From positions 264,941 to 328,940 of the forward strand of contig JBHIYN010000005.1 of the NCBI GenBank assembly GCA_041984235.1: a stretch of DNA of 64,000 nt, in the 5' to 3' direction. Source of the stretch: Gammaproteobacteria bacterium (GTDB taxonomy: Bacteria > Pseudomonadota > Gammaproteobacteria > Ga0077536). The notes under the pieces are model-generated. The model ran no database searches, was not told where the DNA came from, and was given only the letters and a program-made list of their open reading frames with translations. Positions 56,835 through 64,000 of this stretch are shown one piece after another. Made by a program: the position numbers and the translations under genes. Position 1 is the first letter of the stretch. The number at the start of each line of letters is the position of its first letter.

Positions 56835-58259
56835 ATGACGAGCTCACTGCGCTTCCTCCTGGTCGACGCCGACGGCAGTGATCTCGAACTCGCCCGGCTC
56901 ATGCTGGAACGCGAGTTTCCCGGTGCGGGCATCGACTGCGTCGCGAATGCCGCCACCCTGGCCACCACCGTGGCCGGCGCGCCGGCGCCCGCGCTGACCG
57001 TGCTCGCGGCGGATCCCGGCTGGGCCCCGGCCGGCGAAATTCGCGCCCTGCTCTCCACGCACCTGCCGCGCATACCCGTGGTGCTGCTCGGCACGACCGA
57101 AGAGCTCGCCCGCGAGGCGCTGAACCCGGGCATCGCCGCGGCCGGTATCGTGAGCAAGACCACTGCCGGCTACCTCGCGCTGGGCGGCATCGTGCGCAGC
57201 GCGCTGGATGCGGCCGGGGCGGCGCCGGCCGAGTCCACCGTCGCCCTGGACGAGTGGCCGCTGCCCGCCTGCCTGCTTACGGACGATGGCCGCGTGCAGG
57301 CCGCCAACACCGCTTTCGCCACCCTGCTCGGCCGCGCCCCGGCAGCCCTGGGCGAGGAGCGCTTCGAACACTGGCTGGCCGATCCCGCGGACGTTGCCGC
57401 GTGGCGCAGCCGGCGCGAGGCGGCGGCGCCCGGCGAGGCCCTGGAAGTCTCCGTTCACGGCGCCGACGGCGCGCCGCGCCGCTGCCTGCTCACCCCGCGC
57501 AGCGGCGGTTACCTCGCCACCAGCAGCGGCGGCGCGTCGATCAACGTGGTCAACACCGCCGGCCGCGAGCAGTCCAGCCGCGAGATCCACGACATCGCGA
57601 TGGTCTTCTCGCACGACCTCAAGGAACCGCTGCACCAGATCTCGCGCCTCGCCCAGCGCCTCGGCGACGGCGCCGGCGGTGCCGATGCCGCCAAGCTGAC
57701 CGAGCAACTGCAAACCTGCTCACGCCGCGCGAGCGCCATGCTCAGCGGGGTGCTCGAGTACCTGGCGGTGTCCTCGCGCGAGGAACGCCCGGGCCTGGTC
57801 GATCTGAATCGCTGCCTGGAAGAGGCGCTGGACAACCTGCGCGTGGCGATCGACGACAGCGCGGCCCATATCGTCTCCGACCAGTTGCCCTCGGTGGCCG
57901 GCGATCCCTACCAGCTCATGCACCTGCTGCAGAACGTGCTCGCCAACGCGATCAAGTTCCGCGGCCGCGAGCGGCCCGAGATCCGTATTACCGCCGGCGG
58001 CGACGCGGAAACCTGCCGCATCGCGGTGCAGGACAACGGCATCGGGATCTCCGAGAGCTTCCGTGAACGGGTCTTCGACATGGGCAAACGGCTGCATACG
58101 CGCGACGAGTACCCCGGCGCCGGCATCGGCCTGACGCTGTGCCGGCGCATCGTAGAGCGCCACGGCGGCTCGATTGGCATAGAATCGGCCGAGGGAGGCG
58201 GCACACGCGTGGTCATCGAACTGCCGCGCGCGCCCGAGCACGTCTCCCGGCTCGCCTGA
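56835..58259 (+). CDS. Sensor histidine kinase with N-terminal receiver-like domain and PAS-like region
   Basis: N-terminal FLLVDADGSD...VLAAD...IVSK (REC-like). H-box FSHDLKEPL. HATPase with GAGIGLTLCRRIVERHGGSI. Confidence 0.85.
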   Translation: MTSSLRFLLVDADGSDLELARLMLEREFPGAGIDCVANAATLATTVAGAPAPALTVLAADPGWAPAGEIRALLSTHLPRIPVVLLGTTEELAREALNPGIAAAGIVSKTTAGYLALGGIVRSALDAAGAAPAESTVALDEWPLPACLLTDDGRVQAANTAFATLLGRAPAALGEERFEHWLADPADVAAWRSRREAAAPGEALEVSVHGADGAPRRCLLTPRSGGYLATSSGGASINVVNTAGREQSSREIHDIAMVFSHDLKEPLHQISRLAQRLGDGAGGADAAKLTEQLQTCSRRASAMLSGVLEYLAVSSREERPGLVDLNRCLEEALDNLRVAIDDSAAHIVSDQLPSVAGDPYQLMHLLQNVLANAIKFRGRERPEIRITAGGDAETCRIAVQDNGIGISESFRERVFDMGKRLHTRDEYPGAGIGLTLCRRIVERHGGSIGIESAEGGGTRVVIELPRAPEHVSRLA

Positions 58260-58278
58260 CCCGGGGGACCCCCGACTC

Positions 58279-60414
58279 ATGAGCTCAATGACGGACAGCC
58301 TGCGCATCCTCATGGTCGAGGACGATGCCATCGAGGCCGACCTCATCCGCGACCAGCTCGCGGCCTCACCCTTCGCCGGCGCCACCGTCAACCACGTCGA
58401 CCGGGTGGCGCGGGGCATCGAGGCCCTCACCGCCGAACCCTGGGACGTGGTGCTGCTGGACCTCAACCTGCCGGACGGCAACGGCGTGGAGAACCTGCGC
58501 CGCATCAAGGCCGCCAGTGAAACCACGCCGGTCATCGTGCTGACCAACGTCGAGGACGAACAGTTCGCCATCGACAGCGTCAGCGGCGGCGCGCAGGACT
58601 ACCTGCTCAAGCGCACCCTGTGCGCGGAGAACCTCGGCCGCGCGATCCGTTACGCGCTGGCGCGGCACGACGTCGAGATGTCGCTGCGCGAGAGCGAGCA
58701 GCGCTTCGCGCTGGCCGTGGCGGGTGCGCGCGACGGCATCTGGGACTGGGACCTGGACGCCGACACGATGTACTTCTCGCCGCGCTGGTACGCCATGCTG
58801 GGGCTGGACGCGCGTCTGCATCCGCCGGTCCCGCAGACCTGGTTCGAGCGCGTGCACGACGAAGACCGCACCGGTCTGCACAAGGCGCTGGACGCCCACC
58901 TGCAGGGCGTGACCCCGCACTTCGAGTACGAGTTCCGGCTGCGCACCGCGGCCAACCGCCTCATCTGGACCCTGGCGCGCGGCGTGGCCGTGCGCGACAC
59001 GGACGGCCGCGCGCTGCGCATCGCCGGCTCGCTCAGCGACATCACCGATCGCAAGAACACCGAGGCGATGCTGGTCCACGAGGCCCTGCACGATGCCCTC
59101 ACCGGACTGCCCAACCGCAACCTGTTCCTCGATCGGCTTGACCTCGCGCTCAAGCAGCACCGTCGCGATCAGCGGCGCAAGTTCGCCGTGCTGTTCCTCG
59201 ATCTCGATCGCTTCAAGTCGATCAACGACAGCCTCGGCCACGCCGCCGGCGACGAGCTGCTGATCGAGCTCGGCAAGCGGCTGTCGATGTTCCTGCGGCC
59301 GGGTGATTCCGTGGCCCGCCTCGGTGGCGACGAATTCGCGATCCTGCTGATGGAGATTGCCGATCTCACCGAGGCCACCCGCGTCGCCGAGCGCGTACAC
59401 GAGCTGCTGGCGCAGAAGTTCGTCATTCAGGGCAAGGAGATCTTTGCCACCGCGAGCATCGGCATCGCGCTGAGTGACGCCAAGTACGAGCGTTCAGCGG
59501 ACATGCTGCGCGACGCCGATCTCGCCATGTACCGCACCAAGCGGCGCCAGGGCGGATCGTACGCGGTGTTCGATCACCTCATGCACGAGACCGCGCTGCA
59601 GCGCCTGGAGCTGGAGACCGACCTGCGCTCGGCGCTGGAGCGCAACGAGATTGCCGTCTACTACCAGCCGATCGTGTCGCTGGAGCACATGCGCATCACC
59701 GGCTTCGAGGCGCTGATGCGCTGGTTCCACCCCAGCCGCGGCCTGATCGGGCCGGAGGATTTCATCCCGCTGGCCGAGGAATCGGGCACCATCAGCGCGC
59801 TGACCTGGTGGATCATGGACGAGGCCTGCCGCCAGACCCGTGCCTGGCAGGGCAGCAGCCCGGCACTGACCGACCTGTCGATCAGCGTCAACGTGTCGAC
59901 ACGGCTGTTCTCGGAGCCGGACTTCGCCGCGCGCACCCTCGAAGTGCTGGACCGCAGCGAGCTCGCGCCACAGTCGCTACACCTGGAGATCACCGAGAAC
60001 GCCCTGCTCGAGCACGAGACCGAGACCATCCGCGCGCTGTCCATGCTGCAGGAGCGCGGCGTGAAGCTGCATCTCGACGATTTCGGCACCGGGTACGCCT
60101 CACTCAGCTATCTCAACCTGTTTACCTACGACACCATCAAGATCGACCGCAGCTTCGTCGCTGCCTCGGGCAACGTGAGCCGCGACCGGCGCATCGTCGA
60201 TGCCCTCATCAACCTCGGCCGCGTGCTCGAGATCGGGGTCATCGCGGAGGGCGTGGAAACGCAGGAGCAGGCGCAGAAGCTGCGCGAGCTGGACTGTCGC
60301 ATGGCACAGGGGTTCTGGTTCTCCAAGCCGCTGCCCTCCGATTCCGCGCACGCACTGCTGCAGCGTGAGCAGGACGTCGCCCAGAGCTCGATCCGTACCG
60401 TCTCGCGGCACTGA
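58279..60414 (+). CDS. Response regulator REC-PAS-GGDEF-EAL (c-di-GMP turnover)
   Basis: ILMVEDD...VLLDLNLPDGNG; PAS (GIWDWDL...); RLGGDEFAIL; EALMRW...DDFGTGYASLSYL. Confidence 0.9.
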   Translation: MSSMTDSLRILMVEDDAIEADLIRDQLAASPFAGATVNHVDRVARGIEALTAEPWDVVLLDLNLPDGNGVENLRRIKAASETTPVIVLTNVEDEQFAIDSVSGGAQDYLLKRTLCAENLGRAIRYALARHDVEMSLRESEQRFALAVAGARDGIWDWDLDADTMYFSPRWYAMLGLDARLHPPVPQTWFERVHDEDRTGLHKALDAHLQGVTPHFEYEFRLRTAANRLIWTLARGVAVRDTDGRALRIAGSLSDITDRKNTEAMLVHEALHDALTGLPNRNLFLDRLDLALKQHRRDQRRKFAVLFLDLDRFKSINDSLGHAAGDELLIELGKRLSMFLRPGDSVARLGGDEFAILLMEIADLTEATRVAERVHELLAQKFVIQGKEIFATASIGIALSDAKYERSADMLRDADLAMYRTKRRQGGSYAVFDHLMHETALQRLELETDLRSALERNEIAVYYQPIVSLEHMRITGFEALMRWFHPSRGLIGPEDFIPLAEESGTISALTWWIMDEACRQTRAWQGSSPALTDLSISVNVSTRLFSEPDFAARTLEVLDRSELAPQSLHLEITENALLEHETETIRALSMLQERGVKLHLDDFGTGYASLSYLNLFTYDTIKIDRSFVAASGNVSRDRRIVDALINLGRVLEIGVIAEGVETQEQAQKLRELDCRMAQGFWFSKPLPSDSAHALLQREQDVAQSSIRTVSRH

Positions 60415-60498
60415 GCGAAGGCGACCACGGCGCGGACGACGACCCGCCGGATGGACGCGCGCATGATCGCAGGCTGCACGGCGCTGGCGAGGTAGAGC

Positions 60499-61854
60499 AT
60501 GGCGGAGCGTGCGCGCGAACTGGTCAGGCAGGCCATGGCCCTGCAGCTCGACGGCCGCGCCGACGAGGCCGCCCGGCTGTACCGTGCGGTGCTCGCGCGC
60601 GAGCCGCTGAACCCCGATGCCAACCACCTGCTCGGCCTGATCGCGCACAAGCGCGACGAGCCGGAGCAGGCCGCTGCGCTGATCGAGAAAGCGATCGCCG
60701 CCAAGCCGGATTTCGCACCGTTTCACCACAACGTGGCCGGCGTTTACCGCGCACTCGGGCGCCTGGCCGAGGCCGAGGCGGCCTATCGCCGCGCCATCGC
60801 GCTGGAGCCGGACTACGGCGAGGCCTACCAGGGACTGGCCGAGACGGTGCGCTTCGCGCCGGGCGATGCGTTCATCGAACGCGTAGAGGCGGCGCTGCGG
60901 CAACCCGGGCTGACGCCGCTGGCACGCGCCTACCTGCACTTCGCGGCGGGCAAGTACGGCGACGATGTCGGCAGCTGGGACGACGCTTTCGCGCATTACC
61001 GCGAGGCCAACGCGCTGGCGGCGCGGCCGTTCGACGCGGCGGCGTTCACGCGCCAGGTCAGGGACATCATCTACCATTACGCCGAGCCGCTACCGGCGCC
61101 CCACGGCACGGCCGCGGCCTTCTCGCCGCTGTTCGTGGTCGGCATGCCGCGCAGTGGCACCAGCCTGGCCGAGCAGATCCTGGCCTCGCACCCGGACGTG
61201 TTCGGCGCCGGCGAAGTCCACGACATCGACGCGCTGGTCAACGAGGCCGGCCGCATGACGCGGGCCGACGCGCCGTTTCCCGCCGCCGTCGCCGGCCTCG
61301 ACGGCGCTCAGCGCAACGCCCTCGCGACCGGTTACCAGGCCCGCATCGAGGCCCGCATGGGTGCCGACCGCCGTCGCCACGTCGACAAGCTGCCGCTCAA
61401 CTTTGTCTACCTCGGGTTCATCTTCACGCTGTTTCCCGATGCGCGCGTGGTGCACACGGTGCGCCATCCGCTGGACACCTGCCTGTCGTGCTATTTCCAG
61501 CACTTCACCAACGGACAGAACTACAGCTTCGCGCTCGACACGCTGGCGTCGTTCTACCGCGACTACCGCCGCCTCATGCAGCACTGGGCGATGCTCTATC
61601 CCGGCCGCATTCTCGAGCTGCGCTACGAGAACCTGGTCGAGCAGCCGCGCCGGCACATCGAGCGGCTGCTCGCGCATTGCGGCCTCACCTTCGATCCCGC
61701 CTGCCTGCAGTTCCACGAGAACCGGCGCAGCGTGACCACGGCGAGCTTCGGCCAGGTGCGCCAGCCGATCTACACCTCCTCGGTCGGACGCTGGCGACAC
61801 TATGCGCGACATCTCGAACCGCTGGCGCGCGTGCTCGGCGTCGCGCCGGACTGA
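60499..61854 (+). CDS. TPR-repeat sulfotransferase-family protein
   Basis: N-terminal TPR units (AEAEAAYRRAIALEPDYGEAYQGLA). PAPS-binding-like VVGMPRSGTSL and a later RHP..T..S region. Confidence 0.75.
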   Translation: MAERARELVRQAMALQLDGRADEAARLYRAVLAREPLNPDANHLLGLIAHKRDEPEQAAALIEKAIAAKPDFAPFHHNVAGVYRALGRLAEAEAAYRRAIALEPDYGEAYQGLAETVRFAPGDAFIERVEAALRQPGLTPLARAYLHFAAGKYGDDVGSWDDAFAHYREANALAARPFDAAAFTRQVRDIIYHYAEPLPAPHGTAAAFSPLFVVGMPRSGTSLAEQILASHPDVFGAGEVHDIDALVNEAGRMTRADAPFPAAVAGLDGAQRNALATGYQARIEARMGADRRRHVDKLPLNFVYLGFIFTLFPDARVVHTVRHPLDTCLSCYFQHFTNGQNYSFALDTLASFYRDYRRLMQHWAMLYPGRILELRYENLVEQPRRHIERLLAHCGLTFDPACLQFHENRRSVTTASFGQVRQPIYTSSVGRWRHYARHLEPLARVLGVAPD

Positions 61855-61931
61855 GTCCGCGCCGCCGCGCAAGGCGCCGCGCGGGGTAACATGCGGCCTG
61901 CGATCACCCGCATCCTGCGCGGAGGAAATTG

Positions 61932-62765
61932 ATGAGAATCGGCGTGTCCCTGCCGGTGCGCGAGCTGCAGAACGACCTTGGCGCGATCCGTGATTTCGCC
62001 CTGCTCGCCGAAGAGCTGGCGTTTACCCACCTGCGGGTCCCGGACCTGGTGCTGCGCCCCGACGGGGGGCACCTGCATGAGCCGCTGACCCTGTTGTCCT
62101 GGATCACAGCCCATACCACGCGCATCGAGCTGGTGCCGTCGGTGATCGTGCTGCCGTCACGGCAGACCGTGCTGCTCGCCAAGCAGGCAGCTACCCTCGA
62201 CGTGCTCTCGGGCGGGCGCCTGCGGCTGGGCGTCGGGGTCGGCGGCAGCGCCGAGGAGTACCGCAGCATGGGGCAGGACTTCACCACCCGCGGCGCGCGC
62301 TGCGACGAGCAGCTGCGACTGCTGAAACGCCTGTGGACCGAGTCCGCGGTCGAGTTCGCGGGCCGCTTCGACACCGTCAGCGCAGCCGGCCTCGACCCGC
62401 TGCCGGTGCAGCGCCCGATCCCGATCTGGATCGGCGCGCTCGCAACGCCGCCGGCGGCCGCCATCCGCCGCATCGGGACACTTGCCGACGGCTGGTTCGT
62501 GCTGTGTACGCCGGAGGACTATCCGCGTATCAGCGGCGCCATCGCCGACGCCGCGCGCAGTGCCGGTCGCGATGCCGCCGCGATCGGCAGCGAGGCGGGC
62601 GTCGCCGTGGTCGGGCCGCGCGAGGCGGAGTGGCGCGACCGCGTGCGCGGCTGGCAGGCGGCGGGACTCACCCACCTGTGCCTGCGCACGCTCGGCGGCG
62701 GGCTCGAAGGGCGCCAGCATCACGATCGCCTGCGCGCCATCGCCGACCACGTCCCGCGTCCCTGA
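61932..62765 (+). CDS. Luciferase-like monooxygenase (LLM) family oxidoreductase, F420-dependent-subgroup-like
   Basis: ATG 61932 preceded by GGAGGA. GGRLRLGVGVGG...PIPIWIGA.... A paralog of 42031..42909 by eye. Confidence 0.8.
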   Translation: MRIGVSLPVRELQNDLGAIRDFALLAEELAFTHLRVPDLVLRPDGGHLHEPLTLLSWITAHTTRIELVPSVIVLPSRQTVLLAKQAATLDVLSGGRLRLGVGVGGSAEEYRSMGQDFTTRGARCDEQLRLLKRLWTESAVEFAGRFDTVSAAGLDPLPVQRPIPIWIGALATPPAAAIRRIGTLADGWFVLCTPEDYPRISGAIADAARSAGRDAAAIGSEAGVAVVGPREAEWRDRVRGWQAAGLTHLCLRTLGGGLEGRQHHDRLRAIADHVPRP

Positions 62766-62883
62766 GACGGCCGCGGGCGGCGTGCCGACGACGCCGCCGC
62801 ACGCCTATAATCGGTCGGCCACGGGCAGCGCGGCAGCCGTGCTGCCAGCCCGCCCCGACCGCATCGACACGACGGAGAGCCCC

Positions 62884-63813
62884 ATGCCCCTTGACGCTAC
62901 CACCGACGCCCTGCTGAAGAACCTCGCCGAACAGAACGGCCCCGCGATCCACGAAATGGACGTGCCCACGGCGCGCGCCGTGTTCGGCCAGCTGGTACAG
63001 GCCCTGCAGGGCGAACAGGTGCCGATTCACGCCAGCGAGGATCGCACCATCGACGGCCCCAACGGCCCGATCCCGATCCGTATCTTCACCCCGCGCGAGA
63101 GCAGCGAGGCGCTGCCCGTGCTGGTGCAGTTCCACGGCGGCGGCTGGGTCATCGGCGATCTCGACACGCACGACAACATGTGCCGCTACTTCGCCAACGA
63201 GGCCGACGTCATCGTGGTCGCGGTCGACTACCGCCTGGCACCGGAGCACAAGTTCCCGGCCGGGGTCGAGGACTGCGTCGCGGCCACCGCCTGGGTGCAT
63301 GCCAATGCCGCAGGCATCGGCGCCAACCCGGACAAGCTCGCCGTCACCGGCGACAGCGCCGGCGGCAACATGGCCGCGGTCGTCGCCCAGCAGATGCCGG
63401 ACAAGGTCGCCTTCCAACTCCTCATCTACCCGGCCACGGACTTCTCCGACACCGCCTACCCCTCGCGCCAGAACTTCGGCAGCGGCGAGTACTTCCTGTC
63501 CGGCGAGGACATGGCCTGGTTCGGCGGCCACCTGACCGATGACCCGCAGGCGCTGCTCGGTCCCAAGGGTTCGCCGCTGGCGGCGAAGGATCTGTCGGGC
63601 CTGCCGCCGGCGCTGACCGTGACCGCCGGCTACGACCCGCTGTGCGACGAAGGCAAGGCCTATGCCGAGGCGCTCGCCGCGGCCGGCGTCGCGTCCGAGT
63701 ACAAGTGCTACCCGGGCACCATCCACGGCTTCGTCTCCTTCCCCGGCGTGCTCGAGGCGGGGCGCGACGGCCTCGCGCTCATGGCCGCGAAGCTGAAGGC
63801 GGCGCTGGCCTGA
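62884..63813 (+). CDS. Alpha/beta hydrolase, hormone-sensitive-lipase-like esterase (family IV)
   Basis: ATG 62884 preceded by GGAGAG. Oxyanion HGGGW and nucleophile elbow GDSAGG. The track ORF from 62482 is over-extended. Confidence 0.85.
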   Translation: MPLDATTDALLKNLAEQNGPAIHEMDVPTARAVFGQLVQALQGEQVPIHASEDRTIDGPNGPIPIRIFTPRESSEALPVLVQFHGGGWVIGDLDTHDNMCRYFANEADVIVVAVDYRLAPEHKFPAGVEDCVAATAWVHANAAGIGANPDKLAVTGDSAGGNMAAVVAQQMPDKVAFQLLIYPATDFSDTAYPSRQNFGSGEYFLSGEDMAWFGGHLTDDPQALLGPKGSPLAAKDLSGLPPALTVTAGYDPLCDEGKAYAEALAAAGVASEYKCYPGTIHGFVSFPGVLEAGRDGLALMAAKLKAALA

Positions 63814-63851
63814 AGCGCCGCGGAGACAGCGCCGGCTGAGCCGGCTGCCGG

Positions 63852-64000
63852 GTGCCGGTGAACGACGCGCAGGCCACCACGGCGCCGCGCAAGATCGTCC
63901 ATGTCGACATGGACGCGTTCTACGCTTCGGTCGAGCAGCGCGACGACCCGCAATTGCGCGAACGGCCGGTGATCGTCGCCTGGCAGGGCCGGCGCTCGGT
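63852..64000 (+). CDS. dinB: DNA polymerase IV, 5' fragment (continues beyond window)
   Basis: Absent from the track. In frame after the stop at 63837-39, a GTG at 63852 or 63858 leads to ...[31 protein letters not shown], the DinB N-terminal catalytic motif. Confidence 0.8.
   Translation, partial: MPVNDAQATTAPRKIVHVDMDAFYASVEQRDDPQLRERPVIVAWQGRRS

Overview
All calls are hand translation and motif recognition; no search or computation was run. This is a GC-rich chromosomal segment (about two-thirds G+C by eye). It is probably gammaproteobacterial, judging by E. coli-type gshA, rep, ttcA, a Crp/Clp-like regulator and a FimV-like protein, but the taxon is a guess. About 60 protein genes are densely packed, and many are joined by ATGA/GTGA 4-nt overlaps. 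I recognised no rRNA, tRNA, CRISPR array, transposase, integrase or phage gene.

Housekeeping genes are trpE, gshA, msrB, groES-groEL, rep, fadD, ttcA, speE/speH and the 5' end of dinB. Accessory content includes:
- an aerobic benzoyl-CoA (box) cluster, boxR-like/boxC/boxB/[2Fe-2S] ferredoxin/benzoate-CoA ligase, with no boxA in the window
- a GCS2 ligase / AstE-type deacylase / FGase-like operon
- a KipI/KipA/biotin-carrier operon
- a MoxR/VWA pair
- two Sel1-repeat proteins, one of 998 aa
- two luciferase-like oxidoreductases
- a TPR-sulfotransferase
- dense cNMP/c-di-GMP signalling: PilZ, a Crp/Clp-like regulator, REC-PAS-GGDEF-EAL, and two paralogous cNMP-rhodanese-coiled-coil proteins

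The best candidates for undescribed biology are:
1. the GCS2/AstE/FGase 'make-and-break amide' operon
2. the head-to-head cNMP-rhodanese-coiled-coil paralogs with two CRP-type boxes between them
3. the box cluster with a ferredoxin where BoxA is expected, plus TGCA-N6-TGCA operators
4. a spermidine operon carrying a second, divergent AdoMetDC-fold gene
5. an unknown two-gene cassette after groEL, flanked by an AT-rich patch and a repeat cluster

The ORF track misses three real genes: 1..1499(-), 8950..9153(+) and 63852..64000(+). It also contains many long antisense shadow ORFs, which are typical of high-GC DNA.
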